Assembly: GCA_963750595.1 (NCBI GenBank)
Contig: CAVVRG010000007.1
Span: 84,182-148,181, forward strand
From: an uncultured Actinomycetes bacterium
Lineage (GTDB): Bacteria; Actinomycetota; Thermoleophilia; Gaiellales; Gaiellaceae
Direction of reading: 5' to 3'
Length of the DNA stretch: 64,000 nt
Shown here piece after piece: positions 35,680-45,193 of the stretch; position 1 is the stretch's first letter, and each line of letters begins with the position of its first letter. The position numbers and the translations under genes are program-made. The notes under the pieces are model-generated. The model searched no databases, was not told the origin of the DNA, and saw only the letters and a program-made list of their open reading frames with translations.

Positions 35680-38091
35680 ATGCGTGACCGCGCGCGGGCG
35701 GTGGTGATCGGAGGCGGCGTCGGCGGGTGCTCGGTGCTCTACTGGCTGGCGCGACTCGGCTGGGAGGACGTCGTGCTCGTCGAGCGCGCGGAGCTCACGA
35801 GCGGCTCCACGTTCCACTCCGCGGGCCTCGTCGGTCAGCTGCGAAGCTCGCTCTCCCTGACGCGGATGATGATGGCGAGCGTCGACCTCTACCGCTCGCT
35901 GGAAGCGGAGGTCGGGCTCGAGACCGGATGGCGGGAGGTGGGGTCGCTCCGGCTCGCGTCGTCGGAGGAGCGGATGGAGGAGATCGCGCGGCAGGCGGGC
36001 TGGGCGAAGACGTTCGGCCTGCCCCTCGAGCTGATCTCGCCGGCGGAGGCGCAGGGGCTCTTCCCGCCCATGTCGACCGACGGCGTGCTCGGAGCCGCGT
36101 TCCTCCCGACGGACGGCTACGTCGACCCGAGCCAGCTCACGTTCGCCCTGGCCGAGGGGGCGCGTCGCCGCGGGGCCGAGATCGAGCAGCGCACCCGCGT
36201 GACCGGCCTTCGCGTACGGAGCGGTCGCGTCGAGGCGGTCGAGACCGATCGCGGCGAGATCGAGACGGAGACCGTCGTCGACGCGGGGGGGATGTACGCG
36301 CGCGAGATCGGCGACCTCGCGGGAGTGAACGTGCCGATCGTCCCCATGGCGCACGAGTACCTCGTGACGAAGCCGGCCGGGCTCCCGCTGGAGATGCCGA
36401 CGATGCGCGATCCGTCGCTCCTCGTCTACTTCCGCCCCGAGTCCGGCGGCCTCGTCATGGGCGGCTACGAGCGGCAGTGCGCGCCGTGGGGCCTCGAGGG
36501 GATCCCGGCCGACTTCAACGCTCAGCTCCTGGAGGAGGACTGGCCGCGCTTCGAGGAGCTCATGGAGAACGCCCTCGTCCGCGTGCCCTCGCTCGGCGAG
36601 ATGGAGGTCGTCCGGCTGATAAACGGCCCCGAAGCCTTCACGCCCGACGGCGAGTTCATTCTCGGCCCCTCGGACGTACGCGGCTTCTGGGTCGCGGCCG
36701 GCTTCTGCGCCCACGGTCTGGCAGGCGCCGGAGGCCTGGGGAAGCTCGTCGCGGAGTGGATCGTGGAGGGCACGCCGTCGCTCGACGTGTGGCACATGGA
36801 CTCCCGCCGCTTCGGGGCGGCCTACCGGAGCCCGGAGTACACCCTCGCGCGCGCGAAGGAGGTGTACGAGACCTACTACGACGTCACGTACCCGGGCCAC
36901 GAGCGCGTGGCCGGCCGGCCGCTCCGGCTCTCGCCCGCCTACCCGCGGCTCGTCGAGCTCGGAGCCGTTTTCGGCGAGAAGGCGGGCTGGGAGCGCGCGA
37001 ACTGGTTCGAGCCCAACGCCGCTCGCGGGGACGAGGCACTGCGCCCGCGCGGGTGGGCAGGCAAGCACTGGTCGGCCGCGATCGGCGCCGAGCACACGGC
37101 GTGCCGCGAGGCCGCCGCACTGTTCGACGAGTCCTCGTTCGCCAAGATCGAGGTCGCGGGCGAGGGCGCCGCGGGCCTGCTCGAGCGCCTCTGCGCGAAC
37201 CGCGTCGCCCGCGACGTCGGGCAGGTCACCTACACGCAGATGCTCAACCCGCGGGGCGGGATCGAGTGCGACTTCACGGTCACGCGGCTCGCGGACGACC
37301 GCTTCCGGATCGTCACGGGTACCGCGTTCGGCCAGCACGACCTCGCCTGGATCCGGCAGCACGAGCCCGAGGACGGGTCGGCGCGGGTCAGCGACGTCAC
37401 CTCGCAGTACGCCTGCCTGGGGCTCTGGGGCCCGAAGTCGCGCGCGATCCTCCAGCCGCTGACGCCCGAGGACCTGTCCAACCGGTCGTTCCCGTACATG
37501 CGCGCCCGCGAGCTCGCCATCGGGCACGTCCCGTGTCTTGCGCTGCGCGTGACGTACGTCGGCGAGCTCGGCTGGGAGCTCTACTGCCCGACGGAGTACG
37601 GCCTCGCGCTCTGGGACACGCTGTGGGAGGCCGGGCGCCCTCACGATCTGGTGCCCGGCGGCTACAAGGCGATCGACTCGCTGCGGCTGGAGAGGGGCTA
37701 CCGGGTCTGGGGCGCGGACATCACGACCGAGGACACACCACTCGAGGCGGGGCTTGGCTTCGCCGTGAAGCTGGACAAGGGCGCGTTCACGGGGAGGGAG
37801 GCGCTAGCGGGCGCCGGCGAGCCCGAGCGCCTGCTCCGCTGCCTCGTGCTCGACGACCCGGGGGCGGTTGCCCTCGGGTCGGAGCCCGTGCGCGCGAGCG
37901 GGGAGCTCGTCGGGCGCGTGACGAGCGGAGGCTACGGCTACACGGTCGAGCGCTCGATCGCGTACGCGTACCTGCCCGCGGAGCACGACGTCGGGACGGA
38001 GGTCGCGGTGGAGATCTTCGGAGAGTGGGTGGGGGGCGAGGTCGCGGCCGAGCCGCTCTACGACCCGCGCGGCGAGCGGATCCGGGCGTGA
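35680..38091 (+). CDS. dimethylglycine/sarcosine oxidase-dehydrogenase-like FAD enzyme fused to a GcvT (folate-binding aminomethyltransferase) domain
   Basis: 'AVVIGGGVGGCSVLYWLA' dinucleotide fold, DAO domain, and a C-terminal GcvT-like 'GYKAIDSLRLERGY…' segment. TACTGT lies 6 nt before the ATG with no SD, so the gene may be leaderless. Confidence 0.9.
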   Translation: MRDRARAVVIGGGVGGCSVLYWLARLGWEDVVLVERAELTSGSTFHSAGLVGQLRSSLSLTRMMMASVDLYRSLEAEVGLETGWREVGSLRLASSEERMEEIARQAGWAKTFGLPLELISPAEAQGLFPPMSTDGVLGAAFLPTDGYVDPSQLTFALAEGARRRGAEIEQRTRVTGLRVRSGRVEAVETDRGEIETETVVDAGGMYAREIGDLAGVNVPIVPMAHEYLVTKPAGLPLEMPTMRDPSLLVYFRPESGGLVMGGYERQCAPWGLEGIPADFNAQLLEEDWPRFEELMENALVRVPSLGEMEVVRLINGPEAFTPDGEFILGPSDVRGFWVAAGFCAHGLAGAGGLGKLVAEWIVEGTPSLDVWHMDSRRFGAAYRSPEYTLARAKEVYETYYDVTYPGHERVAGRPLRLSPAYPRLVELGAVFGEKAGWERANWFEPNAARGDEALRPRGWAGKHWSAAIGAEHTACREAAALFDESSFAKIEVAGEGAAGLLERLCANRVARDVGQVTYTQMLNPRGGIECDFTVTRLADDRFRIVTGTAFGQHDLAWIRQHEPEDGSARVSDVTSQYACLGLWGPKSRAILQPLTPEDLSNRSFPYMRARELAIGHVPCLALRVTYVGELGWELYCPTEYGLALWDTLWEAGRPHDLVPGGYKAIDSLRLERGYRVWGADITTEDTPLEAGLGFAVKLDKGAFTGREALAGAGEPERLLRCLVLDDPGAVALGSEPVRASGELVGRVTSGGYGYTVERSIAYAYLPAEHDVGTEVAVEIFGEWVGGEVAAEPLYDPRGERIRA

Positions 38092-38966
38092 CCGCGTTGG
38101 CGGACGCCGTCGAGCGCGTCTGGCCCGGTCGCGGCGCGCGGTTCGAGGTTCTCGGGGGCGGGATCACGAACCACAACCTCAAGGTCGAGCTCGACGACGG
38201 GACGTATGTCCTCCGGGTCGCGGGCAAGGACACGGAGCTCCTGGGGATCGACCGCGGCGTGGAGCTCGCGGCCACCCGCGCGGCCGCCTCGCTGGGGATC
38301 GGGCCGGAGGTCGTGCAGTTCGTGGAGCCGGAGGGCTGGCTCGTAACCCCGTTCGTGCGCGGCGAGATCCCCCCTCTCGAGCGGATGCGCGAGCCGGAGA
38401 CACTCGAGCGCGTCGCCCATGCGCTTCGGCTCTTCCACGGCGGCGCACCGATCCCCGGCCGCTTCGACGCGTTCCGCGTCGTGGAGGAGTACCGGGACAC
38501 CGCGCTCTCCCGCGGGGGCGCGATCCCGGGCGACTACGAGTGGGCCCACGAGGTCGCCGAGCGGATCGAGGGACTGCGCGCGGCCGACTCCCCGGTGCCC
38601 TGCCACAACGACCTCCTGAACGCGAACTTCCTCGACGACGGCGTACGGCTCTTCGTCGTGGACTGGGAGTACGCCGGGATGGGCGATCGCTTCTTCGACC
38701 TCGCGAACTTCGCTATCAACCACGAGCTGGACGCGGACGGTCGGCGCCGGCTCCTCGAGTGCTACTTCGGCGAGGCGCGAGCCGAGGACGAGGGAGCGCT
38801 CGAACTCATGCGCTTCATGTCCGACTTCCGCGAGGCGATGTGGGGCGTCGTGCAGTCCACCGTGTCCGAGCTCGACTTCGACTTCGCCGGCTACTCCTCC
38901 GAGCACTTCGCGCGGCTCCGCCGAACCGCCGAGGATCCGGCGTTCGGTCGCGCGCTCGAGGTCTGA
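38088..38966 (+). CDS. choline/ethanolamine-kinase-type (APH-fold) phosphotransferase
   Basis: 'CHNDLLNANFL' catalytic loop and 'VVDWEYAGMGDRFFDLAN'. GTGA overlap with the upstream gene. Confidence 0.8.
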   Translation: MTALADAVERVWPGRGARFEVLGGGITNHNLKVELDDGTYVLRVAGKDTELLGIDRGVELAATRAAASLGIGPEVVQFVEPEGWLVTPFVRGEIPPLERMREPETLERVAHALRLFHGGAPIPGRFDAFRVVEEYRDTALSRGGAIPGDYEWAHEVAERIEGLRAADSPVPCHNDLLNANFLDDGVRLFVVDWEYAGMGDRFFDLANFAINHELDADGRRRLLECYFGEARAEDEGALELMRFMSDFREAMWGVVQSTVSELDFDFAGYSSEHFARLRRTAEDPAFGRALEV

Positions 38967-39018
38967 ACATGCGAGAGGCGCCTCGCGGCGCCTCTCGCGA
39001 ACCGGATCGGCGGCGTGC

Positions 39019-40653
39019 CTACGCGCCCGCCTCGGTCGGCAGCTCGAAGTCGGCGAGCTGCTCCTCCTCCATCCGCTCGAGCTCCTCCTCGGTGCCCATG
39101 CGCACGGGGCCCTTGAACCAGTTCTTGGCCGAGAGGAACCACCAGCCGCCGAACACGAGGCCGATCCCAGCGAACCAGAGGATCGTGTAGTTCGTGAACC
39201 GCCAGTCGAAGCCGTCCTCCCACGGGAGGCCGACCTTGTACAGGGGAATCACGAAGATGATCGTGATCAGGGCGACCCACGCGATGGAGAGCGGGTCGAT
39301 CCACTTGTAGTGCTTGCCGAGGCTCCACGCCCGCGGCTCGTCCCAGCTGTCCCCGAGCCTCCAGCGGAGGTAGACCGGGATGATGAACGCGATGTACAGC
39401 CCGATCACCGCGATCGCCGTCCCGACGGCGTAGCCGACGAAGTAGTTCCACACCGCCGGGATCATCAGCACAGCCGCGAAGAACCAGATGCCGACGACCG
39501 ACCATCTCGGGACGCGGTTCCGTGCGACGCGCCTCCAGAGCTGGTGGCCGGGAACCGCGCGGTCGCGCGAGAAGGCGAACATCATCCGCGAAGCCGACGT
39601 CACCGAGGCGGTGACGCAGAAGAACTGCGCCACGACGCAGATGAACAGCAGGGCCTCTGCCCAGTCCTGGCTCATCGAGTTGGCCCAGATCCAGGGCACG
39701 AGGAGCCCGAGTGCGTTGACGGTTTCGAGTGCGCCCTCGGTGCTCGGGATTGCGAACGTCACTGCGACCAGGAGAATCCAGCCGAAGATCACGGAGACGA
39801 CGACCGAGGTCCACATACCCACCGCCGCGCCGCGCGATGCGTTCTTCGTCTCCTCGGCGGTGTGGGCGGACGCGTCGAAGCCTGTGATCGTGTACTGCGG
39901 AAGCAGCATGCCGAGCCCGAGCACGAGCAGGAACGCGAGGCCGAGCGAGGTCGTCCCGTCCCCGAATCCCGAGTTGTTGATGGTCTGCTTGAACACGTAC
40001 GAGGCGGACTGGTGCTGATCCGGGACGATGATGAGGATCGCGACGATGACGACGACCCCGACCATGTGCCACCACGCCGAGATCATGTTCAGGCCCGACG
40101 TGAGGCGGATGTTGAGGAAGTTGATGAGAGCCGCCGCGGTCAGGAAGATCGCGTACAGGATGTAGGTCGAGGCGTCGAAGGACGCGCCGAACCAGTCGTT
40201 CATGTGCTCCGAGTAGGAGAACCAGAAGTCGAAGAGCGCCTGCCCGAAGAGCGCGAGGCCGTACCCGATCGCGGCGGTGACCGCGACCTGGCCGATGAGG
40301 TTGAACCAGCCGGTCGCCCAGCCCCACCCGGGTCCGCCCATCTTCGAGGCCCAGTAATAGAGGCCGCCTGCGGTCGGATAGGCGGAGGCGATCTCGGCCA
40401 TGGCGAGCGCGATGATCGTCGCCATGAGCCCCACGAGCAGCCAGCCCCACGTGACCCACATCGGGCCGCCGTGCTCGAAGCCGATGTTGTACGAGGTCAG
40501 GCACCCCGCGAGGATCGAGATGATCGTGAAGCTGATCGCGAAGTTGCGGAACCCGCCCATCGCGCGGAAGAGCTCCTGCGCGTAGCCGAGCTTGTGGAGG
40601 ATCTTCTCGTCCTCCGAGGTGTGGTAGCCGCCCCCCTCAGGAGCCGTGCTCAT
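39019..40653 (-). CDS. APC-superfamily amino-acid/amine permease
   Basis: 12+ TM helices, 'AEIASAYPTAGGLYYW', and a GGAGGA RBS before ATG 40653. Confidence 0.85.
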   Translation of the reverse strand: MSTAPEGGGYHTSEDEKILHKLGYAQELFRAMGGFRNFAISFTIISILAGCLTSYNIGFEHGGPMWVTWGWLLVGLMATIIALAMAEIASAYPTAGGLYYWASKMGGPGWGWATGWFNLIGQVAVTAAIGYGLALFGQALFDFWFSYSEHMNDWFGASFDASTYILYAIFLTAAALINFLNIRLTSGLNMISAWWHMVGVVVIVAILIIVPDQHQSASYVFKQTINNSGFGDGTTSLGLAFLLVLGLGMLLPQYTITGFDASAHTAEETKNASRGAAVGMWTSVVVSVIFGWILLVAVTFAIPSTEGALETVNALGLLVPWIWANSMSQDWAEALLFICVVAQFFCVTASVTSASRMMFAFSRDRAVPGHQLWRRVARNRVPRWSVVGIWFFAAVLMIPAVWNYFVGYAVGTAIAVIGLYIAFIIPVYLRWRLGDSWDEPRAWSLGKHYKWIDPLSIAWVALITIIFVIPLYKVGLPWEDGFDWRFTNYTILWFAGIGLVFGGWWFLSAKNWFKGPVRMGTEEELERMEEEQLADFELPTEAGA

Positions 40654-40736
40654 CCCATCCTCCTTGTCGCTGACGGGGTATTCAGCAACGACCGAGGGTG
40701 TCATGTCAAGTCGCGCGGCGCATTAGGATCGCGCGC

Positions 40737-42080
40737 ATGCCGAGCTTCGACGAGCTGAAGGCGCTGATCGGCCGCGGCGAGATCGACACCGTCATCGTCG
40801 CGTTCGCCGACATGCAGGGGCGCCTCCTCGGGAAGCGCCTCCAGGCGGACTTCTTCCTCGAGGAGGTCGAAGCGGGTCACGAGGTCGAGGGCTGCAACTA
40901 CCTGCTCGCGCTCGAGATGGAGATGGACCCGGTGCCGGGCTACGAGATCGCGAGCTGGGAGCAGGGCTACGGCGACTTCGGGATCCAGCCCGACCTCTCG
41001 ACGCTGCGGCTCGTCCCCTGGCTCGAGGCGACCGCGCTCGTCCTCGGCGACGTGCAGTGGCACGACGGCTCGCCGGTCGCCCCGTCACCCAGGCAGGTCC
41101 TGCGGGCGCAGGTCGCGCGGGCGGAGGCGCTCGGCCTCACGCCCATGGTCGGCTCCGAGCTCGAGTTCTTCCTGCTGCGCGAGACGTACGAGGAGGCATG
41201 GGCGCAGGGCTACGAGGATCTCACGCCCTCTGTTCCGTACATCCTGGACTACCACATCCTCGCCTCGACCTACGACGAGCCATTGCTGCGTCAGATCCGC
41301 AACGGGATGCAGGCCGCCGGCATGCGCGTCGAGACCTCGAAGGGCGAGGCGTGGCCAGGACAGCACGAGATCAACTTCCGCTTCACGGACGCCGTGCGCA
41401 TGGCGGACGACCACGTGATCTACAAGAACGGAGCGAAGGAGATCGCGCATCTGAACGGGTGCGCAATCACGTTCATGGCGAAGCCGTTCGAGAGCTGGAT
41501 CGGGAGCTCGTGCCACATCCACGCGAGCCTCTGGCAGGGCGGCCGGAACGGGTTCGCGCGCGGGGAGCGGGAGACACCGCTCTTCCGACGCTTCCTCGCG
41601 GGGCAGATCGCCTGCGCGAAGGAGCTCGCGATCTTCTTCGCCCCGACCATCAACTCGTACAAGCGCTACGCGGCGGGAAGCTGGGCGCCGACGACCCTCG
41701 CGTGGGGGCACGACAACCGGACGTGCGGGTTCCGGATCGTCGGGCACGGACAGTCGCTCCGGGTGGAAACGCGTATCCCCGGCGGGGATGTCAACCCGTA
41801 CCTCGCGTTCGCCGCGATGATCGCCTCCGGCCTGTACGGGATCGAGAACGAGCTCCGCCTCCCGCGGCCGCTCGAGGGGAACGCCTACGAGTCCGGCGCG
41901 GACCGCTTCCCGTCCTCGATGCGCGACGCGATCACCGCGCTCGACGCAAGCACGATGGCCCGGGCTGCGTTCGGCGACCAGGTCGTCGACCACTACCTGA
42001 ACTACGCGCGCACCGAGCAGGCGCTCTACGACAAGACCGTCACGGACTGGGAGCGCAAGCGCTACTTCGAGAGAGGGTAG
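40737..42080 (+). CDS. glutamine-synthetase-family gamma-glutamyl-amine ligase (PuuA/GlnA4-like)
   Basis: 'GSELEFFL', 'KGEAWPGQHEIN', 'MAKPF…GSSCHIHASLW' and 'NSYKR' GS-fold motifs. Confidence 0.85.
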   Translation: MPSFDELKALIGRGEIDTVIVAFADMQGRLLGKRLQADFFLEEVEAGHEVEGCNYLLALEMEMDPVPGYEIASWEQGYGDFGIQPDLSTLRLVPWLEATALVLGDVQWHDGSPVAPSPRQVLRAQVARAEALGLTPMVGSELEFFLLRETYEEAWAQGYEDLTPSVPYILDYHILASTYDEPLLRQIRNGMQAAGMRVETSKGEAWPGQHEINFRFTDAVRMADDHVIYKNGAKEIAHLNGCAITFMAKPFESWIGSSCHIHASLWQGGRNGFARGERETPLFRRFLAGQIACAKELAIFFAPTINSYKRYAAGSWAPTTLAWGHDNRTCGFRIVGHGQSLRVETRIPGGDVNPYLAFAAMIASGLYGIENELRLPRPLEGNAYESGADRFPSSMRDAITALDASTMARAAFGDQVVDHYLNYARTEQALYDKTVTDWERKRYFERG

Positions 42081-42084
42081 ACCT

Positions 42085-42900
42085 GTGCGGGTTGTCCTGA
42101 TCTCGCAGGTCGCACCGGCGGTGCACGGGTACGCGAGCCTCCTGCGGAGCCTCGGGCACGAGCCGGTCGCCCTCCTCTGCACGCGCGAGGGCGCCGATCG
42201 CTACGGGCGGGTGGCCGAGGTGGTCGCGGGCGCGCCCGGCGAGCTCGACGTCGTGATGCCCGCGACCCGGGCGAGGATCGCGCCGCTCCTCGAGTTGTAC
42301 GAGCCGGACCTCGCTCTCTGCGCCGGCTTCCCCTGGAAGATCCCGGCGGACGCCATCGGGGTCCCGAGGCGCGGGATCGTGAACGGGCACCCCTCGCTGC
42401 TGCCGCGCTACCGGGGCCCGAGCCCGGTCTCCTGGGCGATTCGGAACGGCGAGACCGAGATCGGCTTCACGCTCCACTACATGGACGCGGAGCTCGACAC
42501 GGGCGCGATCCTCGCCCAGGCGTCGATCCCTCTCGGTGACGAGCACTCCTGGGAGGAGCTCGAGCCGAAGCTCGTCACGGCGGTCGGGGGGACTCTCCCC
42601 TCGGCGCTCGAGCGGGCGGAGCTCGGGGACCCCGGCGACGAGCAGCAGGGAGAGGGGACGTACTTCTCGTTCTTCGAGCCCGAGTACACCTGGATCGATC
42701 GCTCGAGGACGGTGGACGAGGTCGAGCGCCAGGTGCGCGCCTGGCGCTTCCACTCCCCGACGAGCAGTGACCGCGGGGCGCTGACCGAGCTCGACGGCGA
42801 GCAGGTGCGTGTCCTGCGCGTCAGCCGCGAGCTCGTGGACGGTCCGGCGCTCGAGTGCGCTGACGGCACACTCCGGATCGTGGAGACTGAGCCCGTATGA
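42085..42900 (+). CDS. formyltransferase-family protein (Fmt/PurN-like catalytic core)
   Basis: 'GIVNGHPSLLPRYRGPSPVSWAI' and 'MDAELDTGAIL' (Asn-His-Asp triad), plus a C-terminal Fmt-like domain. Confidence 0.8.
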   Translation: MRVVLISQVAPAVHGYASLLRSLGHEPVALLCTREGADRYGRVAEVVAGAPGELDVVMPATRARIAPLLELYEPDLALCAGFPWKIPADAIGVPRRGIVNGHPSLLPRYRGPSPVSWAIRNGETEIGFTLHYMDAELDTGAILAQASIPLGDEHSWEELEPKLVTAVGGTLPSALERAELGDPGDEQQGEGTYFSFFEPEYTWIDRSRTVDEVERQVRAWRFHSPTSSDRGALTELDGEQVRVLRVSRELVDGPALECADGTLRIVETEPV

Positions 42901-43613
42901 GACCCGTGATCGGGATCACGACCTACGCCCAGGAGGCGAGCTGGGGCGTCTGGCGGCTGCCGGCTGCGCTCATCCCGCTCGCGTACGTCGAGGCGGTGGA
43001 GCAGGCGGGCGGTCGTCCAGTCCTCGTCCCGCCGAGCGAGGAAGGGGTCGAGGAGACGATCCACGCGCTCGACGGGATCGTGTTCTCGGGCGGCGCGGAC
43101 GTCGATCCCGCTCACTACGGCGCCGACGCGCATCCCGAGACCGACTCGCCGCAGGCGCAACGCGACGCGGGCGAGCTCGCACTGTTGCGCTCGGCGCTCG
43201 AGCGCGACCTCCCGGTGCTCGCCGTTTGTCGCGGGTTCCAGCTCCTGAACGTCGCGCGGGGCGGCGACCTCGTCCAGCACCTGCCGGAGGCGGTCGGTCA
43301 CGACGCGCACAAGGAGATCCCCGGCACCTTCTCCCGGCACCCGGTCGACGTGAAGGAGGGCACACGGCTCGCGTCACTGATCGGGGCGCGCTCGGACGTC
43401 GCGTCCCACCACCACCAGGCGCTCGGCCAGGTCGGCGAGGGGCTGGCTGAGACCGCCTGGGCGCAGGACGGCACGCTGGAGGCGGTCGAGGACCCGTCGC
43501 GTCGCTTCGCGGTCGGCGTCCAGTGGCATCCCGAGGCGGGCGAGGACCAGGCGCTCTTCGAGGGGCTGGTGCGCGAGGCGCGGGCGTACCGCGCCGCCAG
43601 AGAGGACGGTTGA
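42897..43613 (+). CDS. gamma-glutamyl-amide hydrolase, class-I glutamine amidotransferase / peptidase C26 (PuuD-like)
   Basis: 'LAVCRGFQLLNV' nucleophile elbow and 'GVQWHPE' His-Glu motif. Confidence 0.85.
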   Translation: MRPVIGITTYAQEASWGVWRLPAALIPLAYVEAVEQAGGRPVLVPPSEEGVEETIHALDGIVFSGGADVDPAHYGADAHPETDSPQAQRDAGELALLRSALERDLPVLAVCRGFQLLNVARGGDLVQHLPEAVGHDAHKEIPGTFSRHPVDVKEGTRLASLIGARSDVASHHHQALGQVGEGLAETAWAQDGTLEAVEDPSRRFAVGVQWHPEAGEDQALFEGLVREARAYRAAREDG

Positions 43614-43650
43614 CCGCATCGGCGCGAGCCGGTCGGCGGAAAGGAGACGC

Positions 43651-43842
43651 ATGTACTGGGGGCTGGGGATCATCTACGTGGTTCTGTCGATCGTCTTCGT
43701 CGCGGACGTGCTGCGCAACCGGGCGCTGTCCGGAGGCGGGAAGGCGCTGTGGATCGTCGGGCTGCTCGTCGTGCCCGTCTTCGCGTGGGTCGTCTACGCG
43801 ATCTTCCGGATGCGCCAGAACCGAGGGCTGTACGGCGCGTGA
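43651..43842 (+). CDS. small membrane protein, PLD-nuclease N-terminal (PLDc_N) type
   Basis: Two TM helices with 'VFVADVL…KALWIVGLLVVPV'. Its stop overlaps the ALDH GTG start. Confidence 0.6.
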   Translation: MYWGLGIIYVVLSIVFVADVLRNRALSGGGKALWIVGLLVVPVFAWVVYAIFRMRQNRGLYGA

Positions 43843-45191
43843 CGTTGACGGTCCTCAACCCGGCGACCGAGGAGCCGATCGCCGAGCTGGAGCAGGCGGG
43901 CGTCGAGGAGACGGACGCGGCGGTCGCCCGTGCCAGGGACGCGCTTCCCGCCTGGCGCGCGGTCGCGCCGGCCGACCGCGCGCGCCTGCTCCGCCGGCTG
44001 GCAACGCTGGTGGAGGAGAACGCGGAAGACCTCGCGCGCATCGAGTCGCGCAACGTCGGCAAGCCGATCTCGGGCGCGCGCGGCGAGGTCGGCATGGTCG
44101 CCCAGGTCTTCCACTTCTACGCGGGTGCGGTGGACAAGCACTACGGGGACACGATCCCGGTGGCCGGTGGCGTGGCCGCGACGTTCCGCGAGCCGCTCGG
44201 CGTCGTCGGTCTCATCGTCCCGTGGAACTTCCCGCTCAACATCGCGAGCTGGAAGATCGGCCCCGCTCTCGCCTGCGGGAACACGGTCGTCCTGAAGCCC
44301 GCCGAGCTAACGCCGCTCTCCGCTCTGCGCCTCGCCGAGCTCGCCCTCGAGGCAGGCATCCCCGAGGGGGTCCTGAACGTCCTCGTGGGGAAGGGCTCCG
44401 TGGTCGGGCAGCGCCTCGTCGAGCACCCGGACGTGGCCAAGATCGGCTTCACCGGCTCGACCGAGGTCGGCCGGCTCGTGATGCAGGGCGCGGCCGGCAC
44501 GATCAAGCGCGTCACGCTCGAGCTCGGCGGGAAGTCCGCCAACGTCGTCTTCGAGGATGCCGACCTGGAGCGCGCGGCCGCCATGGCGCCCTATGCCGTG
44601 TTCGACAACGCCGGACAGGACTGCTGCGCTCGCTCGCGCATCCTCGTGGAACGCTCGGTCTACGACCGCTTCCTGGAGCTCCTCGTGGAGTCGACCGGGA
44701 CGCTCGTCGTGGGCGACCCGGAGGACGAGGCCACGGAGATGGGCCCGCTCGTCTCGGCGGCGCACCGAGAGCTCGTCGCGTCCTTCGTCGAGGGCGAGCC
44801 ACGCTTTCGTGGCCCGGTCCCCGACGGCCCCGGATTCTGGTACCCGTGCACCCTCGTGGAGGCGGCGAACGAGGATCGGATCGCGCGCGAGGAGGTCTTC
44901 GGGCCTGTTGCCGCCGTCATCCCCTTCGAGGGCGAGGCGGAGGCGATCCGGATCGCCAACGACACCCCCTACGGTCTCTCCGGCTCGATCTGGACGCGCG
45001 ACGGCGCGCGCGCCCTGCGGGTCGCGCGTGCGCTCGAGACGGGCGTGCTGTCCGTGAACTCGAACTCGTCCGTGCGGGTGCAGACGCCGTTCGGGGGCTT
45101 CAAGCAGTCGGGGTTCGGCCGCGAGCTCGGGATGCAGGCGCTCGACGGCTACTCCGAGGTCAAGAGCGTCTTCGTCTCGACGGAGGTCTAG
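43839..45191 (+). CDS. NAD(P)-dependent aldehyde dehydrogenase
   Basis: 'ELGGKSANVV' and 'GQDCCARSR' catalytic Glu/Cys motifs. Confidence 0.9.
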   Translation: MTLTVLNPATEEPIAELEQAGVEETDAAVARARDALPAWRAVAPADRARLLRRLATLVEENAEDLARIESRNVGKPISGARGEVGMVAQVFHFYAGAVDKHYGDTIPVAGGVAATFREPLGVVGLIVPWNFPLNIASWKIGPALACGNTVVLKPAELTPLSALRLAELALEAGIPEGVLNVLVGKGSVVGQRLVEHPDVAKIGFTGSTEVGRLVMQGAAGTIKRVTLELGGKSANVVFEDADLERAAAMAPYAVFDNAGQDCCARSRILVERSVYDRFLELLVESTGTLVVGDPEDEATEMGPLVSAAHRELVASFVEGEPRFRGPVPDGPGFWYPCTLVEAANEDRIAREEVFGPVAAVIPFEGEAEAIRIANDTPYGLSGSIWTRDGARALRVARALETGVLSVNSNSSVRVQTPFGGFKQSGFGRELGMQALDGYSEVKSVFVSTEV

Positions 45192-45193
45192 GC

